A stretch of 64,000 bases of DNA from positions 50,778,001 to 50,842,000 of the forward strand of contig CM060734.1 of the NCBI GenBank assembly GCA_030704615.1, in the 5' to 3' direction. A model generated the notes under the pieces. That model was not told where the DNA came from, did no database searches, and was given only the letters and a program-made list of their open reading frames with translations. Numbering within the stretch: position 1 is the stretch's first letter; each line of letters starts with the position of its first letter. The DNA is from Takakia lepidozioides. Lineage: Eukaryota > Plantae > Bryophyta. Made by a program: the position numbers and the translations under genes. This document shows, in pieces, positions 59,502 to 64,000 of the stretch.

Positions 59502-61863
59502 GACAAGATTTTGCTACTGAAATCTGCTGGCTATTAGACCGTTATCTTAAGGAAATCCCTTCCAAAAAACCCTGCATCCAATCCAAACTAATTCAAGCAC
59601 ACACTCACAATATTATCCCCAGAGAACTGTCTAGCCTCCTAATCTCCTCCTTCCAACTTACTCACTCCTACTACTCTAGCCCACTCTGCAACTTATCTCA
59701 TATGCTAGCCCACACCATAGAGACTGCATCTTTGGCGCCACTGGTCTTGCCACCCAACACAGATGGTCCGGTTGTGGCTTCGATCACCATCCCGATTCCC
59801 ATATACAAGAAGCCCTCTAATGGGCTCGTACTGCTGCCCACTCCTCCCCCTTTGCTTGTACTATCTCCTACTTACACAGCAACGGCCTCGAGACAACCCC
59901 CACCCCCTTCTATAGCTCCCCCATAGCGTCACCCTCCTCCTAGCCACATTTGAACCAAATCAGCTACTATACGAACACAACCTCCCTTCCCCTAAATACC
60001 TCCGATGCTTAGAACCCACCACTACGTCACTGTTACTTGTCCAACACACCCATCCTACCTCCATGCCCATCACCCCCCTCGTACGCACATGGGGGATGAA
60101 AGTCTCAATCATCCCTAACACACATCATCTTCCCTCTACATCTTGCTCCTTACCCACTCTATTTTCCAGAGTCAACCCAAGCAAAGCCTGGATAAGGGCG
60201 CTACCGCGTCCTCCTCCTGCACCTCTCCCACCCCCTACTAACCCACCCGTCTCGCATCTACATCTGCCGCTCAAATTTTCTCCCTCCCACTCCCACTATA
60301 CAGATGGCTTCCAATCCGGCTCTAACGCTGGCTATGGTGTTTTTCACGCTGCTAATACCCGTGGGATAGCTCTTAGACTTCCAGGCCCAGCCACTATATT
60401 ACGCGCTGAGCTTATGGCAAGCTTTGAAGCACTCTCCCAGCTGTCCTCATTCTCCACCCCATATTACATTTTCACAAACAGCTTTACCTCCATATTTCCT
60501 CTTCGCAATCACCTCTCCAGCCCCTCATGCCACCTTCACCACCCATCTATCATTAACCGTGCGGCTTCCATTAATCATCCCATATACTTTTTCAAAATTC
60601 GCTCCCACACTGGTATCACCGGTAACGAAAACGCTGACCTCCTCGCCCAGGCAGGGGCCGCCCAACCTTCACTGGATCCCACGACCAACCCCATCCATAT
60701 TGCTCACACTCACCCATTCTGGCTAATTCACTCAATACCGGGACCCCCTACTACCAAACCCATACGTAACCTAAAATCCACTCTCACACGCGAAGCACAC
60801 AAACAAGCCTCAGCATCTATCAGCCATACCAAAGCCCATATCCAAAAATGGACACAATCTACATTTCTTCACCACAAATTCTCAAACTTTTTCTGGCACA
60901 CCAAGACTGTCACCAACGCGCAAATCCGATAAACACTCAAATTTCGTTACGCCCAATACATGGGACACCAACGCAAGCATACCTTCTAGCCACGCTCATT
61001 TGCATCCCCCAACTGCCCATTATGCTTACACACACATACAGTATATGACTCCCTACCTCCTTAGTCAGTGTACTCACCCATTATACATGGTCTCCATATC
61101 ACTCGCCATAATCACGCAGTTTGGCACATCCATAAACTTCTCATGTCCAGATTAGAAACCAGATGGTTCTCACTCATCAATGCTGATATCTACCAAGGCC
61201 GACCCCCTGACCACACCGTCCCTCACTGGATACTTCCGTGCACTTGCTATCACTCACCCTATACCTGTCCCTCTCAGTTCTGCCCGGATATCCTACTTAT
61301 CCAAGGCTTACCCATCAATGCCCCCCTACCCACCTCCCCTTCCCCAGAATTAACCATTCACTTCGTTGAATTCACATACTGTCACGACCGATACCCAACC
61401 CATTCCACCCTAGAGAAATGACAAAAATATGCCCCCCTCATCCTCGTCACCCGCCAGCGCGGGTGGCGCACCGGCCCTTTATCCGTTATCACAGCCGGTA
61501 CTAGAGGTGGGATTCACATCGCCAGTGTAAACGCGCTACACGACAATCTTAAAATCCCTATCCCCCCGATCCACAAATGCTTTAAAGCCATCCACCTCAC
61601 TGCCCTCCGCTCCCTCACTGCCATCATCACCAATAAACGACAACTCGAGTCCAACCCCTCTGCGGTTTCCCAGGGTACCCCCGAGCACCCTAGGTGCACT
61701 AGGCAACGCTACCCTATTTATTATCTCCCCCCGGTTACCTGGTGTCCCCTGGACACCTGTTCTCTTTATAGGGCCTACCCCCGAAAAGGGGCAATAGCCG
61801 TAAGGCGAAGTAGCTCTTAGTTACGCCGGCTTTGGCCGGAGTCTTCTCTCTCTCTCTCTCTCT
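59502..61863 (+). mobile_element. 5'-truncated non-LTR retrotransposon with RNase H, CCHC and restriction-like endonuclease (Dualen/RandI-like)
   Basis: RNase H YTDG...ILRAEL...IFTNS...KIRSHTGITGNENAD; CPLC; RHN; PDILLIQG...VEFTYC.D...K..KY..L...GW; (TC)n tail; in-frame stops. Confidence 0.85.
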
Positions 61864-61864
61864 G

Positions 61865-62029
61865 TGAGAGTCCTGTGGAGAGGTTGGGCTTCTAGTCGCT
61901 ATTCATAGTAAGAGATAAGGATCACCGTCAATGTGCAATTAAGCACCATTGTGGGTAGGTAATCACACCTGATCTAATCCTACAAATGTGGGAGAGTTGT
62001 CGAGGGTAGAATAAATGCACATTCTAACA
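61865..62029 (-). repeat. Copia 3' LTR (partial, U3 only)
   Basis: 61865-61934 matches 63931-64000 at 68/70. Begins TGTTAGAAT on the element strand, after PPT-like TGAGCAGGAG. Confidence 0.9.
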
Positions 62030-63758
62030 CTCCTGCTCAGTTTTGAACCCGACTTAGAGACCTTATTTGTAGCTTTTCCCTGTGAAGTTCAAAGCTTGCC
62101 CTTGGTAAAAATATGTGCAGCCTGCAATTTAGTTGGACAGTATTCCAACAAAATTTCTTCCTCCTCCACTTTCTCTCGAATGAAGTGAAACTGAGTTGCT
62201 ATGTGCTTGGATCTTCCATGAAACTTGGGAAACTTAGCCAGTGCAATGCAACTCTGATTGTCACATTTGAGGTTGAGAGGATCAATTTGCTTCATTCCAA
62301 TGTCATGGAATAATCTCCTTCACGCTCTTAGGCTCCAATTTGTTTCTTTTTTCTTTTGGAACATGAACGTAAGCCTTACATCCAAAAACCCTAAAATGAT
62401 CAAACATTTTGCTTCTTATCAGACCAAATCTCTTCAGGAGTCTTGGTTGGAGATGCCTTGGTGATCACTCGGCTCCAAATATATGCTACGGAAGTTACTT
62501 CTTCAGCCCACAAAGCCTTGATCAGCTTGTTGTCATGAATCATGCTACAGACACTCTCCATCAGTGTCATGTTCATTCTCTCAGCCAGGCCGTTTTGAAA
62601 GGCATTGTAAGGAACATAAGTGTATCTCTGGATGCCATTTTGACTGCAATATTCCTTGAAAGCGAGAGAAGTAAACTCTCCACCATTGTCGCTCCTGATC
62701 GCCTTCAACTTCAAACCTGTTTACATTTCTGCAATCTTATGAAAGGTCTTGAATGCATCAAGGACGCCTGATTTTTCTTTCAAGCTATAGACAACCACCC
62801 TCCTAGAGAAATCATTAGTAAATGCCACAAAATACTTGGCTCCTCCAAGTGAAGGAACTCTCATCGGTCCAACCATGCCAACTCAAGCACATGGGCAGCC
62901 CTGCTGCATGTGGTCTTAGGAATGGGTGCCTTATGTTGCTTACCAAGCAAACACCCTTCGCAAAGTTTTAGGTGTGATCCATCTTCAATCTTAAACCATG
63001 TGACAGCTTGAGCTTTTTCCATCAAGTGCATTGTTTGAAAATTCAGATGCCCCAATCTCTTATGCCTTATCTCTGCTGAATTTTCTTGTCCACTTAAGGA
63101 TGCTTTTGCGCAATACTGTTGCACTGGTGTCAATGAGTAAAGATCCCCAACTCTATCTCCTTTGGCCACCAAATTCAAGTTCTCGTCATAGAGTTCGCAA
63201 CTTTTTTTCTTGAATAAAGTCTTCATACCTTCATCTGCCAATTTACTTACTGCCAAGAGGTTGTTCTCTAGACTTGGAACACAAAGTACACCTTTTAGCT
63301 CCTTGGTCGTGCCATTAGGAAGTTGTGTAAGTATGGTTCTCTGACCTATAATTTCACTGTAAGTGGCATTGGCCACTTTCACTCTCCTTGGAACATGGGC
63401 TTCTTGGAATTCCACAAACCAATCTGATCTAGATGTCATATGGTGAAGTTGTCTCCACAGGTTGCTTTTTTTCCCCTGTTACAATGTTCCATAAACCTTG
63501 ATGCACCAACATGTGCTGCATCTTGTATTTCCAAAGAGCAAAGTCTTCACCACCAAATCTACCCATGAGCCGTGGGGCAGAGCCGACGGGTTCCATAGTC
63601 GTAGCTTGGAGAGAACCGTTGGTCTAACGCTAGAATGCAATGCTGATCTCACATTCTACGGTGCACTAGGAGCAACGGCTTCTATCTAGTTCTACGCTAC
63701 TTGTCGCCTGTTCACACTCGTTAACTTTAGTTGCTAATTCAAAGGAACTAACATACTA

Positions 63759-63770
63759 GCTCTGATACCA
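63759..63770 (-). promoter_or_regulatory. Primer-binding site for initiator tRNA-Met
   Basis: TGGTATCAGAGC on the minus strand, directly after the 5' LTR end (...CCAACA). Confidence 0.93.
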
Positions 63771-64000
63771 TGTTGGAAAACATGAACATCTAAAGCTATT
63801 GTAGATACTCACAGCAACAACAGATTCATACACATGACCAGGCGGTGAGAAGAAACAACGTGCTAAAGAACAATGTGCTCAAGAGTGAAAAGAATGAATA
63901 TAACGGAAAGCATGAGAAGGTTATATATAATGAGAGTCATGTGGAGAGGCTGGGCTTCTAGTCGCTATTCATAGTAAGAGATAAGGATCACCGTCAATGT
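63771..64000 (-). repeat. Copia 5' LTR (continues beyond the window)
   Basis: Adjacent to the PBS; TATA-like TTATATATAA at 63921-30; shares sequence with 61865-61934. Confidence 0.9.

Larger units (their letters stand above)
61865..64000 (-). mobile_element. Internally deleted Ty1/copia LTR retrotransposon
   Basis: Gag N-terminus (FGGEDFALWKYKM), protease tail (HMT...NLLAVSKL), HKRLGH..CEGC, integrase IRSDNGGEF...QNGLAER, RNase H end CDNQS..RSKHI. RT is absent. PBS, PPT-like tract and LTRs are present. Confidence 0.93.

Overview
Eukaryotic nuclear DNA from a land plant, most likely a bryophyte (moss/hornwort-type 5S rRNA sequence, PLS-class PPR remnants, GT-AG introns). Multi-exon genes: a PH-domain protein (5' partial), SCYL2-like pseudokinase, GH17 beta-1,3-glucanase with X8 domain, AP-3 sigma, a large minus-strand gene with collinear motifs resembling Fanconi anaemia FANCA, katanin p60 and PIG-W/GWT1. 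There is also an intronless RING ORF, plus pseudogenes of PPR, PAH-domain and acyl-ACP thioesterase genes. The window is heavily colonised by non-LTR retrotransposons. (i) About 18 copies of one RTE/RTEX-like LINE lie almost all in introns, with TSDs that start 5'-TCT; they pile up head-to-tail in katanin intron 6. One unit there is a full-length 5S rRNA fused to the LINE 3' end inside a single 13-bp TSD (SINE3-like chimera). (ii) A second LINE has a (CATTT)n tail. (iii) A 5'-truncated element encodes RNase H + CCHC + restriction-like endonuclease (Dualen/RandI-like) with a structured 3' UTR. A doubly deleted Ty1/copia element runs off the right edge. Exon coordinates were read by eye from splice signals and recalled homology; no searches were run.
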